53,938 bases of DNA, from NCBI GenBank assembly GCA_051003195.1, contig JBPCLP010000007.1:1-53938 (forward strand). The letters are read 5' to 3'. The position numbers were made by a program, and so were the translations under genes. Positions 1 through 9,375 of this stretch are shown piece by piece. The stretch is from Candidatus Sumerlaeaceae bacterium (GTDB lineage: Bacteria; Sumerlaeota; Sumerlaeia; Sumerlaeales; Sumerlaeaceae). How positions within the stretch are numbered: position 1 is the first letter of the stretch; each line of letters starts with the position of its first letter. Under the pieces are notes generated by a model. It made no database searches. It was not told the DNA's origin and saw nothing but the letters and a program-made list of their open reading frames with translations.

Positions 1-121
1 CCAAGGTTCAGGGTTCTGGCATTTGGGAACCCGCAGCCCGTGGTGACAGCGCACCATTATTCGCTCCCTGAGGGGGCGCCGGAAACCGAAAACACATCCG
101 ACTCTCTGGGACACCACACTA
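1..121. repeat. Partial long-type dispersed repeat (REP-like hairpins plus MITE-like right end), cut by the window edge
   Basis: Similar to 48300-48431 (ccgcagccc..acagc..ccctgagggggcgcc..aaaccgaaaac); ends in GGGACACCACACTA like the 9207-9304 copy. Confidence 0.75.
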
Positions 122-130
122 TCGCCGGCC

Positions 131-1408
131 TCACTCCGAGGCGGATGCCGATGCCGATACCGATGCAAATACCTCTTTGTATTCCGGACGAGAGTGCAGG
201 ATCACATCGATGAGTGCCTTGCGCGTTGCGACAGTTCCCCTGCTGCTGGTAGTCGAATCGTCAGGCCATGTGCGATTCGTGAGAAACACCATGTAGGTTT
301 TGCTCAATTTATCGAGCCATATCATCGTCCCGGTGTAGCCGGTGTGTCCGATGCAACGCGTTTCGTCCGTCTGGTTCAGCCGGGTGCAGTACGGTGCGGT
401 GGTGTAGATGTCCCATCCGAGTGCCCGCTCATCCCGCACTTCCTTTGGCGTCTGGATACTCGTCATCAGGCGCAAGGTTTCCGGCTTAAATACGCGTTTG
501 TTGCCCGCCTTACCATCAGACAGAATCATGTCACAGTAACGTGCGAGGTCGGGAGCCGTCGAGAACAATCCGGCATTGCCGGGGCAGTGGATATCCGAGT
601 CGTGGTAATTCGCGATCGGATCATGCGTCTTTGCGACGATCGCCGAACCGTCCTTATTGCGCTGTGTCGGCGCACAACGGGAGTTCTGGTCTTCGTTCAA
701 CACGTACACCGTGTCCTTCATGCCCAGTGGAACGTAGACATTGTCCTTCAGAAACTCATCCATGCGTCCACCGATCGCCACTTCATTCACGCGCGCCTGT
801 GACTGCATATTGAGGCAACTATACACGACCTTCGTGCCGGGCGGGTAGGACGCGGGAAGCGTTGCGATGTGCTCTATCATAGCGTCCGATTTTGATTGTT
901 CGGCTTTGCGCTGGGCTTCTGCCGCCGCTGCGCTGGTATAAGATTTCAATCCCGACACATGCGTGAGCAGGTCGCGTATGCGGTCATCATCCTTGCCTCC
1001 ACTGGCAAACTCCGGAATGTAAGAAGAGACGCGATCGTCCAGACCCAGCTTGTGCAATTCCAGCAGCTTCATTGCCGCAGTCGATGTACCGACCACCTTC
1101 GAAACCGACGCCTGGTCGAATACCGTGTCCATTGTCATGGGCTTGGCATCGGCGTCGTAGGTGTAATGACCATACGGCTTGGAGAACAATTCCTCACCCG
1201 GTCGGCCGACGATCAATACCGCCCCCGGATAAAAAGCTTTCCCGATTCCGCGCGACACGATTTCGGTAAGTTGCTGGCTCAAGGTACCACTAGTCGCACC
1301 AGCCGATGCGACCGAACTGAAGGCAAGGTGAAGCAGTATCACTCCTGCTGACAAAAGACCAGTCCCGATGCCAGGGCTGCTCGTGCCGCGCTTGTTAAAG
1401 TATTTCAC
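131..1408 (-). CDS. Secreted serine hydrolase, beta-lactamase class C/AmpC-like family
   Basis: Signal peptide; FDQASVSK (SxxK), LLTHVSGL, YSC, GNAGLFSTA and GHTGYTGT motifs. Confidence 0.9.
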   Translation of the reverse strand: MKYFNKRGTSSPGIGTGLLSAGVILLHLAFSSVASAGATSGTLSQQLTEIVSRGIGKAFYPGAVLIVGRPGEELFSKPYGHYTYDADAKPMTMDTVFDQASVSKVVGTSTAAMKLLELHKLGLDDRVSSYIPEFASGGKDDDRIRDLLTHVSGLKSYTSAAAAEAQRKAEQSKSDAMIEHIATLPASYPPGTKVVYSCLNMQSQARVNEVAIGGRMDEFLKDNVYVPLGMKDTVYVLNEDQNSRCAPTQRNKDGSAIVAKTHDPIANYHDSDIHCPGNAGLFSTAPDLARYCDMILSDGKAGNKRVFKPETLRLMTSIQTPKEVRDERALGWDIYTTAPYCTRLNQTDETRCIGHTGYTGTMIWLDKLSKTYMVFLTNRTWPDDSTTSSRGTVATRKALIDVILHSRPEYKEVFASVSASASASE

Positions 1409-1605
1409 TTTTTGTCTTCACCTCGAAACCTTCGCGTACCCGGCACACACAGTGGCCGTAGCTCCGGATACAAGCAATGGTAGCGAACCCAATGCAATTC
1501 CAATGTTCTGCTTGAACGTATATCGCACCGTGATTGCACTATCGCAGATTCTCACGATCGTATCTTACCTGTTACCTTATCCACACTGTGAAAGGCCTGC
1601 CCTGA

Positions 1606-2358
1606 ATGGAGCCGTATCTGTACGAATTCATCGGAACCACGCTGCTGCTGCTGCTGGGAAACAGTGTGGTGGCCAATGTTTATCTTAACCAGACGAAAGC
1701 ACAGAATTCCGGCTGGCTGGTTATCACACTGGGGTGGGCGGTTTTCATCTTCGTCGCAGTATTTATTGCGGGTGCCAGAAGTGGTGCGCATTTGAACCCG
1801 GCAGTGACTCTTGGCCTTACCGTTGCCGGCAAGTTTGAGGCGTCGAAGGTGCCGGGATACATGGCTGCTCAATTGCTTGGAGCCATGGCCGGATCCACCG
1901 CAGCATGGTTGCACTATCGTCCGCATTTCTCTGTCACCGAAAGCCCTCAACTGAAGCTTGCGGTGTTCTGTACCACTCCAGCCATTCGCAGCACGCCTGC
2001 AAATCTCTTATCTGAAGTTCTGGCGACATTTGTGCTCGTATTCGCCGCGCTGATGCTCTCGGCGCCGTCCGTTGGACTTGGCTCAATAGATGCCCTGCCA
2101 ATTGCGCTGGTGGTGCTTGCGATTGGATTGTGCCTCGGAGGCACGACGGGCTACGCCATCAACCCGGCGCGGGACCTCGGTCCACGAATCATGCACGCCA
2201 TCCTGCCGGTTGGCCGCAAAGGAAGCAGCGACTGGGGATACGCCTGGATACCGGTGGTTGGACCGCTTTTGGGTGGCGTTATTGCCGCGTTCCTTTGGAA
2301 AGCGTTGCCTGCATCCGCTGCCGCGGTTACTGTCGCAGTGCCAGCAGTGTTGCCTTAG
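1606..2358 (+). CDS. glpF: MIP family aquaglyceroporin (glycerol uptake facilitator-like)
   Basis: SGAHLNPAVT and GYAINPARDLGPR NPA boxes (Asp after second NPA is GlpF-type); hydrophobic helices. Confidence 0.92.
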   Translation: MEPYLYEFIGTTLLLLLGNSVVANVYLNQTKAQNSGWLVITLGWAVFIFVAVFIAGARSGAHLNPAVTLGLTVAGKFEASKVPGYMAAQLLGAMAGSTAAWLHYRPHFSVTESPQLKLAVFCTTPAIRSTPANLLSEVLATFVLVFAALMLSAPSVGLGSIDALPIALVVLAIGLCLGGTTGYAINPARDLGPRIMHAILPVGRKGSSDWGYAWIPVVGPLLGGVIAAFLWKALPASAAAVTVAVPAVLP

Positions 2359-2359
2359 T

Positions 2360-3646
2360 TCAGGGCCGGTAAATCTTTTCTATTTCCGCGCCTCGGTAAT
2401 AGTGCGCGAGAATCTGCTGATAGGACGCGCCACGTAGAGCCATCTCACGCGCGCCATGCTGGCACAGGCCTACGCCATGGCCATTTCCCGCCCCGGTAAA
2501 AGTAGCGGAGCGCACGTGGCCGTCTGTTTTCTCGACAGTGACGACAAACAGTCCGCTCCACAGGTCCAGTGCGCGGCGTATGGGAAGTTCTTTCTCCATC
2601 GTCTTGCTGCCGCTGTCCCCGTAAATCGTAAGCTTGCGGACGCGGCCGCTCGCGCGCCGTTCCGTCACCCGAACGTCGCGAATACGGCTGACGCCCGTGG
2701 CTCGTGAGAGCGCAGAAGCGTTCAGCGTCTTTGTCCATCGATAATACTTCTTTGCGTAGTCGGCGCAGCCGCGATTCGCGCAGTCGCAAAAGGTATTGGG
2801 ACGCGGGCGTTGTAGAAACGCCGCGAGCGCTTCGTCTGTTCCCAGATTTGGAGTGCCTTTGGCCGGATCATCGAATACAGGTACCAGGCCCGGCATCGGG
2901 GGACTTTCCCACACATCCTCAGCACCGGCCGTTACGCCGCCGCACAGATTATGATAAACGCCATTCAACACGTCGCCATCACTGAGCAGCACCACACCGA
3001 GAGTGTCGTCGCAGGCCTGGTTAGCCGTCGGGCTTTCAAGGCGCGTGCCTTTGTAAGCCTGGCAGTGCTCTCCCGCGCAAAAGTCATATCCTTCGGACGC
3101 GTGCGGTGGGCTCGCGAGGCGAAAGATCGCCTCAGAGCGCGCCGCGACAGCCTGTGCTTTGAGTGCTTCCGGGGCGGAGTCGCCGCCGATTTCAGCCGGC
3201 AGCACACCTTTCAACCATTCGTCAATCAGCAGCACATTGAGCACCCGGATGCTGCCCCCCCGGCGCGATAATTCAACCATACCCCGATACGAGCCAGATG
3301 GCAACTGGACCATTGAACCTGGCCGCGGGGAGCCAACTTGTAACGTAGTCCCGGAAAGCAACGCTTTGCCACTTTCGGAAGCTGCGAGACTGCCGCCAGA
3401 ACCAGTAACGGTTACACTGCCGGTGAGAGCGCGCACCGTTTGCGAGCCGCAGCTTACATCAGATGGGCCACTCGTTCGAATCGTCGCGGTGCCTGAAATG
3501 GACGGAAGAAGAACCTTAATGAACCCGCGCCGCGCAAATATCGTATCGCGCCGTGGAGCGGACGATTTTTCAAGCGCAGCGCCAATCCCACCGACTAGTG
3601 TCAAACACAGGCACATCAGAACAATGGAAAAGCGACAACGAAGCAT
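2360..3646 (-). CDS. SpoIID/LytB domain peptidoglycan lytic transglycosylase
   Basis: GVLPAE..ALKAQAVAARS, CQAYKG and GNGHGVGLCQHGA..ILAHYY motifs; signal peptide. Confidence 0.92.
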   Translation of the reverse strand: MLRCRFSIVLMCLCLTLVGGIGAALEKSSAPRRDTIFARRGFIKVLLPSISGTATIRTSGPSDVSCGSQTVRALTGSVTVTGSGGSLAASESGKALLSGTTLQVGSPRPGSMVQLPSGSYRGMVELSRRGGSIRVLNVLLIDEWLKGVLPAEIGGDSAPEALKAQAVAARSEAIFRLASPPHASEGYDFCAGEHCQAYKGTRLESPTANQACDDTLGVVLLSDGDVLNGVYHNLCGGVTAGAEDVWESPPMPGLVPVFDDPAKGTPNLGTDEALAAFLQRPRPNTFCDCANRGCADYAKKYYRWTKTLNASALSRATGVSRIRDVRVTERRASGRVRKLTIYGDSGSKTMEKELPIRRALDLWSGLFVVTVEKTDGHVRSATFTGAGNGHGVGLCQHGAREMALRGASYQQILAHYYRGAEIEKIYRP

Positions 3647-3652
3647 AACCGT

Positions 3653-4621
3653 CTATCGCGTTACCTTGGGCACACGTGGCAATGCAGCGCCAGACATCCG
3701 CGCCATTATGGAATCTTCCATCATTTGCGCCGGATTAAGTCCAGAGTTCTTCAGCCGCTGGGTCAGGGCTGCCATCTCTACCATGATTGATATGTTTCGG
3801 CCGGGTTGGACGGGCACAACATACTTGGGCACGCGCACATCGAAGATGTTGTGCGTCGTTTCGTCAATCCCGAGTCGCTCGTATTCCACGAGGTCATTCC
3901 ACTTCTCCAGCCAGACGACCAGTTCGACGGGTTTTTCCTCAAGAACCGCCGCGATTCCAAAAAGCATTTCGATGTTCAAGATTCCCAGACCACGGACTTC
4001 CATGTGGTAACGGAGCACATCGTTGCTCCTGCCGACCAGTTCCTCCTTGGAAAGACGCCGTATCATGACCTGGTCATCCGCTACGAGCCGGTGCCCACGC
4101 TCGATTAATTCCAGCGCGCACTCGCTTTTACCAACCCCGCTCGAACCCATGATCAGCACACCCATACCGAAAACGTCCAGCAGGTCGCCATGGACGTTTG
4201 TGACTGGAGCGAAGTGGTGCTCTAAAAAGTTGTTCAACATGCTGAGCAGCCGCGTCGTCGGCAGGCTGGTCCTAAGCAGCGGAATTTCATGTGAATCCAC
4301 CACCTGGATAATGTCGTCCGACACTTCATTGCCGTTAGTCACCACAATGCAGGGCATCTGAAAGCGCAGCACATTATGCAGGCGACTCGCGCGCTCCCCC
4401 AACTCCATGCTGTAGAGGAATGACATTTCAGTATTGCCGAGAATCTGCATGCGATCATGCGCAAACACCTCGTAAAAACCGGCCAGGGCAAGACCGGGAC
4501 GGTTCAGCTCGGGGCTGTTTATGGTTCTTTCCAGTTTTGCGTGCCCGCTCAATACTGTAAGATCCATCTCACGGCCGCGATCCCGGATCAGGGTCTCCAG
4601 TGTCAGTTCAGCTTTTTGCAT
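3653..4621 (-). CDS. hprK: HPr(Ser) kinase/phosphorylase
   Basis: LNRPGLALAG, GSSGVGKSECALEL Walker A, LVADD, HMEVRGLGI; likely ATG at 4621 overlaps the mutY stop (TAATG). Confidence 0.96.
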   Translation of the reverse strand: MQKAELTLETLIRDRGREMDLTVLSGHAKLERTINSPELNRPGLALAGFYEVFAHDRMQILGNTEMSFLYSMELGERASRLHNVLRFQMPCIVVTNGNEVSDDIIQVVDSHEIPLLRTSLPTTRLLSMLNNFLEHHFAPVTNVHGDLLDVFGMGVLIMGSSGVGKSECALELIERGHRLVADDQVMIRRLSKEELVGRSNDVLRYHMEVRGLGILNIEMLFGIAAVLEEKPVELVVWLEKWNDLVEYERLGIDETTHNIFDVRVPKYVVPVQPGRNISIMVEMAALTQRLKNSGLNPAQMMEDSIMARMSGAALPRVPKVTR

Positions 4622-5703
4622 TATCGTATAACCGCCAACAGGTCGTCTTGCGATTGCAGCAGGTCGAGAAGTTTCCGCTGGGTCGAACCGAGCGGCAACC
4701 GGGAAATCTCGTGTAGGGTCTTCCACTGGAATGATTCAGGCCACGATGCCGCGGGAAGGGCATTGGCCTTATAAACCAGCAGGTGAACCGCATGATTCGT
4801 GACCGTGTAGCGGTACTCAGCGAAAGAATCTACATCGCGCAAGCTGGCACACGTGCCGATGGTCATACTTTCCAGCGCATTCAAATGCTGGGCAGCCGTC
4901 TGACCGTGCTCCACGCGCACCGAAGGAAACTCGAACATTCCGTGGTGCCACTCCCCTTCCGGGATACGTCGCACAAGGTAGTGCTCCCCCGAACATGCGA
5001 CAATCCCGACGAAATGTCGCCGCAGCTTGGTCGGTTTGGCCGCTATTTCTGGAATAGTAGTCGACTGACCCGTCTGAAAAGCGGCACACCAGCGAGTCAG
5101 CGGGCATTTATCACATAACGGCACAGGCTTACAAACGAGCGCACCGAGTTCCATCACCCCGTAATTGTGCTCCCGGGCGTTTTGCGCAGGTAGGAGTTGT
5201 TCGGCATGTTTCCAAAGTTGCGCCTGGTTGGCCGTACTCTTGATGGCACCTCTGATCGCAAACAGCCGGGCAAGCAGCCTTGCCGTGTTTGCTTCCACAA
5301 TGGGAGCAGGTCGATCGTAAGCGAACGAGTACACCGCACCTGCGGTGTACCGGCCAACGCCCGGCAGTGCCTGTATGTCGACAAGAGCGGTTGGGAAAAC
5401 ACCTGAATAATCCTCTGCAATTTTGCGGGCCGCGCTTTGAAGCAGGCGCGCGCGACGATAATAACCAAGTCCTGCCCACATCGCCAGAACTTGTTGCTCG
5501 TTGGCCTCCGCCAACGCCTGCACCGTAGGGAACTGATCCATAAAACGTTCAAAGTAACTGACAGCGGTTGCCACCTGGGTCTGCTGGAGCATGAGCTCTG
5601 ACACCAGTATCGCGTATGGGTCGGTCGTATGCCGAAAGGGCAGATCGCGCTGGTGAAGTCGAAACCACTGAATCACTGCCGCGGAAAGCGCAGCGGCATC
5701 CAT
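4621..5703 (-). CDS. mutY: A/G-specific adenine glycosylase
   Basis: VSELMLQQTQV, WAGLGYYRRAR, HhH LPGVGRYTAGA, Cys cluster CKPVPLCDKCPLTRWC, C-terminal NUDIX-like domain; start uncertain (ORF open to 5799). Confidence 0.95.
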   Translation of the reverse strand: MDAAALSAAVIQWFRLHQRDLPFRHTTDPYAILVSELMLQQTQVATAVSYFERFMDQFPTVQALAEANEQQVLAMWAGLGYYRRARLLQSAARKIAEDYSGVFPTALVDIQALPGVGRYTAGAVYSFAYDRPAPIVEANTARLLARLFAIRGAIKSTANQAQLWKHAEQLLPAQNAREHNYGVMELGALVCKPVPLCDKCPLTRWCAAFQTGQSTTIPEIAAKPTKLRRHFVGIVACSGEHYLVRRIPEGEWHHGMFEFPSVRVEHGQTAAQHLNALESMTIGTCASLRDVDSFAEYRYTVTNHAVHLLVYKANALPAASWPESFQWKTLHEISRLPLGSTQRKLLDLLQSQDDLLAVIR

Positions 5704-5908
5704 CTCGGAGCCGTTCGATCTTCCCGGACGTGTTCGGTCTGTATGTGCTTTTTTCATATTTACGGTATGAGTACGCGCAACCTTCAGCACGTCTGCCAAC
5801 TCATTTTCCTCAGGTTAGACCTTTTCCGTGAAGATTCATCTTTGGGCCAGCGCGCTGGCCCAACCTTTGCGTAATCCCTACCGCACAAAGTCCGTACGGT
5901 GAATAGGG

Positions 5909-6217
5909 ATGGAATACCATTCAATCGAATTTGAAGACGTTCTAGCGTTCGCGGAAGAGACCGATCTGTTCGGCCAGCACGACACATTACTCGAACATCT
6001 TCGCCGGCACTGCTATGATGAAGCGCTTGCAACGTGCAGCATGGTGGTAGCTGAGTATTTCCAGGCATATCGACAGGACGGATTGTGTGGCCGCCAGGTA
6101 AACCAGGTCCCCTTGTACCGGCGGCTGGTGCAGCTTGAACTGATGATTATGATTCTTGCCATGCAGACGCAGGGGCGCGCGCTGACGGTTTCCCAAGGCT
6201 CCGAACAGAGCTATTGA
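5909..6217 (+). CDS. Hypothetical protein (102 aa)
   Basis: ATG ORF filling the gap upstream of the glycosyltransferase pair; helical-looking composition; no motif recognised. Confidence 0.55.
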   Translation: MEYHSIEFEDVLAFAEETDLFGQHDTLLEHLRRHCYDEALATCSMVVAEYFQAYRQDGLCGRQVNQVPLYRRLVQLELMIMILAMQTQGRALTVSQGSEQSY

Positions 6218-6249
6218 TTCAGCTTTCCAGCTAAGCCAGTGGTGCGGGT

Positions 6250-7191
6250 ATGCAGCCCCTGGTCTCCATTGTCATTCCAAACTGGAACGGTCGCGACTTT
6301 ATCGCGCGTTGCCTTGCCGGCACCTTGCAATCGGCGCAGGAAAGCGGCTGCCCATACGAGTGCATTGTGGTGGACGATGCCAGCAACGATGGCAGCCCGG
6401 AGATCGTGGAACGTAATTTCAGCCGGGTTCGTTTAATTCGGCAGTCCGTAAATCGAGGATTTGGCGCCACGGTAAATGAGGGGGCGAACGCGGCCTCGGG
6501 AGAAATCCTCGTTTGCCTCAACAATGACCTGGTTCCAAAAGGTCCGCTGATTCGTGAGTTGGTGCTGCCTCTGGTCGAAAACCACGCTTTATTTGGAGTG
6601 AGCGGCAAGACTGTCGACTGGAAGGATGGGACTGCGAACCATCTAAACATGGCAGCCCAGTGGTACGGCGGCGAGTTACATCTGACTCACGAGAACAGCA
6701 AGGCGCCAGCTCCAACGATGTTCCTGCAAGGCGGATGCTGCGCCATGCGCCGCGCTGAATTCCTTAGTTTCGGCGGCTTTTCCGCATTGTTCGCACCAGG
6801 ATATTGGGAGGACTACGACGTCAGTTACCTCGCGCTGAAGGCAGGCTGGCAAAATCTCTATAATCCGCATGCGCTGGCATATCATTTCGGCGGTGGATCT
6901 ATGCGCCGTGCCTTGGGAGAGGATGGACTCCGAATTGTGCAGGAGCGGAATCGCCACCTGTTTGTATTGGCAAACATGACCGACGAGCGCTGGCTTGGCG
7001 AATACTATCGAACGCTGCCACGAAGGGTTGCCTTTGCACGAGAACCGCGGCTGCGTGTACGTGCTGCAGCCCTGGCCGAAACGCTAAAGCGACTGCGGCA
7101 GATTCAGGACCTGCGTGCGGCGCGTGCAAAATGGCAAAAGCGTACTGACCACGAGGTTTTCGGGCAGTTCGCGTTGCATGGCAAAACATAG
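6250..7191 (+). CDS. Glycosyltransferase family 2 (WbbL/rhamnosyltransferase-like)
   Basis: VSIVIPNWNG, VVDDASNDGS, NRGFG, LNND, YWEDYD. Confidence 0.92.
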   Translation: MQPLVSIVIPNWNGRDFIARCLAGTLQSAQESGCPYECIVVDDASNDGSPEIVERNFSRVRLIRQSVNRGFGATVNEGANAASGEILVCLNNDLVPKGPLIRELVLPLVENHALFGVSGKTVDWKDGTANHLNMAAQWYGGELHLTHENSKAPAPTMFLQGGCCAMRRAEFLSFGGFSALFAPGYWEDYDVSYLALKAGWQNLYNPHALAYHFGGGSMRRALGEDGLRIVQERNRHLFVLANMTDERWLGEYYRTLPRRVAFAREPRLRVRAAALAETLKRLRQIQDLRAARAKWQKRTDHEVFGQFALHGKT

Positions 7192-9209
7192 TGCAGAACG
7201 TGGCAGTTGCGGACCGGAGGAGCGGCGCGGGACCAGGCGATCCAAGCTGTACGGTCGCGATCCTCTGCAGCGGTCGCCCCTCGATTATCACAACCTTGGA
7301 AGCTTTACTGCCGCAACTGGGAAAACACGATGAGGTGTTGCTCATCCGCACCTGTGCCGATGCCAGGCTGCCCGACTTCTCAGAGCTCGACCAGCACGTA
7401 CGCATTGTCCCGTATGTGGAGGATGTCTTCGATTTTGGGCGGGCGCGCAACTTCGCCGTTCGCGAAGCACGCGGCGATATCCTCGCCTTCACCGATGATG
7501 ACTGCATTCCAGAGAAAGACTGGTTGTCGAAACTCCGCAGCGGGCTCAAGGAATGCGATGCGGTGGGCGGCGCCTGCCTGCCGGAACGGCACTATCAATA
7601 CCCATGGTGGTGGTCCCACGAGCTGGACTGGGCAATCGGCATGTCGACGCCGGGATTTATGCGAGGCCAGCCCGAGCATTATCCCGCGGCTTCCAACCTG
7701 GCTGCGTTCCGCGCCGTATACCAGAGAGTTCCATTCCAGGAGCGGCCGCGAGAGCACAGCGGGCACGATCTGTACTATAGCGGTCGCGAGGATGCCGAAT
7801 GGTGGCGGACCGTTCGCGTAAATGGCCTGCGAGCATGCAGTCGGCCTGACATCGTCGTCAGGCATGACATTCCGCAGGAGCGAATTGGCTTTCGTTATGT
7901 GCTTTCCCGAATGCGCGCGGACGGCGTCGCTTACTGGAAACGACGCGCTTCCAATGATTTCGCCCAGTATGTCACTCGCGAATACGTCAATGCGCGCGCA
8001 AATCTCGCATGCTCATTGGCATCCTTCAGTGCGCCGCGCGTGGTTCGATCATACCTCTGGCTGCAGCGCTGGCGTGCTTCACATGCCGAAGCGTTACAAG
8101 CCGGTGCCACGTCTCCATGCAAACTCCGAGATCTTCAATATCACGCCGTCCGTAAAATCGCCGCGGACCTTTACTATGACGCATGCAAAGTACTACGCCC
8201 GCGAAAAGCGCCCCCCGCTCAGCCGAAACTACTTTTTATCTCCGCATTAACATTCCTAGGCGATACGGTTATGTTGCGCCCGGTCATCGCCGCCCTCGCC
8301 GCTGCGATCCCGAACACGCGCATCCACGTGGTGGCCAGTTATCCGGAACTTCTGACAAACATGCCAACGAACGTTACAGTCATGCCGAAGTCCGACGATA
8401 GCTCCACACGGCACGCGGCACAAGACGCCGATTTCGCGCTGGTTCCCTACTACTCAAAGGGCGACCCCTCGCTCTGGCGCAATGTGCTCGCGCGCAAGGC
8501 GGCGACCTTCGATGCAGAGGTTGGCTTCGATCGACCGCGCGATTACTCAATCGCAGCACAGATCGTTTGGAAGCAGCACAATAAACTTCATGAGCTGGAC
8601 GAGCTCCGCCGTCTTTTCGGCACGATTGTCGAAATTCCAGCGGTTTCTCTGCAACCATATGATTTTGCGCCGGGCGAACCTGAGGCTCGCCGGCATGTGC
8701 AGTTTATTGGCCAGCGTGATTACCTCCTGCTGCAGACTACCAGTGGCTGGATTGAGAAAGATTGGCCGCTGGATCGTTGGGTGCAGCTTGCTCAGAAGCT
8801 GAGTGAACGTTACCCCTGCTCACTCGTTTTTCTCACACAAAAGTCCAGGCGCGGAGAATTGGAAGCTGGACTGAAGTTGCCACCGGAACGCTACCGCATC
8901 CTGGACGAAACGCACTCGATTTCCGCATTGGGATTTCTCATCACGAAAGCGCGGCTTTTGATTTGCCCATGCTCTGGACCAAAACACCTGGCCTTTGCGC
9001 AAGGCACACCAACATTTACAATGTACGGTCCAACCCAACCTGAACAGTGGGGCGCGCTGCCCGCAAATCCGTACCACCGATTCATACGTGCGCTGCCGTC
9101 GCCCATCACTCATGAGGAAGCAGTCGGCTTGTCCGCCGGCTATTTCATCAATCAGATCACCGTCGAGCAGGTCTTCGACGGCGTCTGCCAATTTCTCGAT
9201 GAACGCTAG
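7191..9209 (+). CDS. Fusion protein: N-terminal GT2 domain plus C-terminal GT9 (heptosyltransferase-like) domain
   Basis: ARNFAV..GDILAFTDDDC and GREDAE (GT2); LGDTVM, EKDWP, CSGPKHLAFAQGTPTFTMYGPT, INQITVEQV (GT9); GTG overlaps upstream TAG. Confidence 0.88.
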   Translation: MQNVAVADRRSGAGPGDPSCTVAILCSGRPSIITTLEALLPQLGKHDEVLLIRTCADARLPDFSELDQHVRIVPYVEDVFDFGRARNFAVREARGDILAFTDDDCIPEKDWLSKLRSGLKECDAVGGACLPERHYQYPWWWSHELDWAIGMSTPGFMRGQPEHYPAASNLAAFRAVYQRVPFQERPREHSGHDLYYSGREDAEWWRTVRVNGLRACSRPDIVVRHDIPQERIGFRYVLSRMRADGVAYWKRRASNDFAQYVTREYVNARANLACSLASFSAPRVVRSYLWLQRWRASHAEALQAGATSPCKLRDLQYHAVRKIAADLYYDACKVLRPRKAPPAQPKLLFISALTFLGDTVMLRPVIAALAAAIPNTRIHVVASYPELLTNMPTNVTVMPKSDDSSTRHAAQDADFALVPYYSKGDPSLWRNVLARKAATFDAEVGFDRPRDYSIAAQIVWKQHNKLHELDELRRLFGTIVEIPAVSLQPYDFAPGEPEARRHVQFIGQRDYLLLQTTSGWIEKDWPLDRWVQLAQKLSERYPCSLVFLTQKSRRGELEAGLKLPPERYRILDETHSISALGFLITKARLLICPCSGPKHLAFAQGTPTFTMYGPTQPEQWGALPANPYHRFIRALPSPITHEEAVGLSAGYFINQITVEQVFDGVCQFLDER

Positions 9210-9304
9210 TGTTCCGTCCCTGAAGTTCGTCGCTATATTTCAGGAAGCTTTCGAGCTCAGAAGGCACAAAAAACCAGCGAACGAGTTAGTGGGACACCAC
9301 ACTA
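9207..9304. mobile_element. 98-bp MITE-like repeat (short type A)
   Basis: Imperfect terminal inverted repeats TAGTGTTCCGTCCC / GGGACACCACACTA; internal caggaagctttcgagct shared with 35660-35755 and (with mismatches) 50155-50244. Confidence 0.75.
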
Positions 9305-9315
9305 AGCAGCAATTG

Positions 9316-9352
9316 AAAAAGGCGCCCGGATTCAACCAAGTCCGGACGCCTT
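9316..9352 (-). terminator. Intrinsic terminator of the SLT gene (possibly bidirectional)
   Basis: Minus strand AAGGCGTCCGGA-loop-TCCGGGCGCC followed by TTTTT, between convergent genes. Confidence 0.75.
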
Positions 9353-9375
9353 AACAAATGAGATTAATTACGAGA

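Noticed and set aside
131..1408. True beta-lactamase regulated by the BlaI/BlaR1 pair
   Set aside because: Generic serine hydrolase 47 kb away, with no TACA-NN-TGTA box seen upstream
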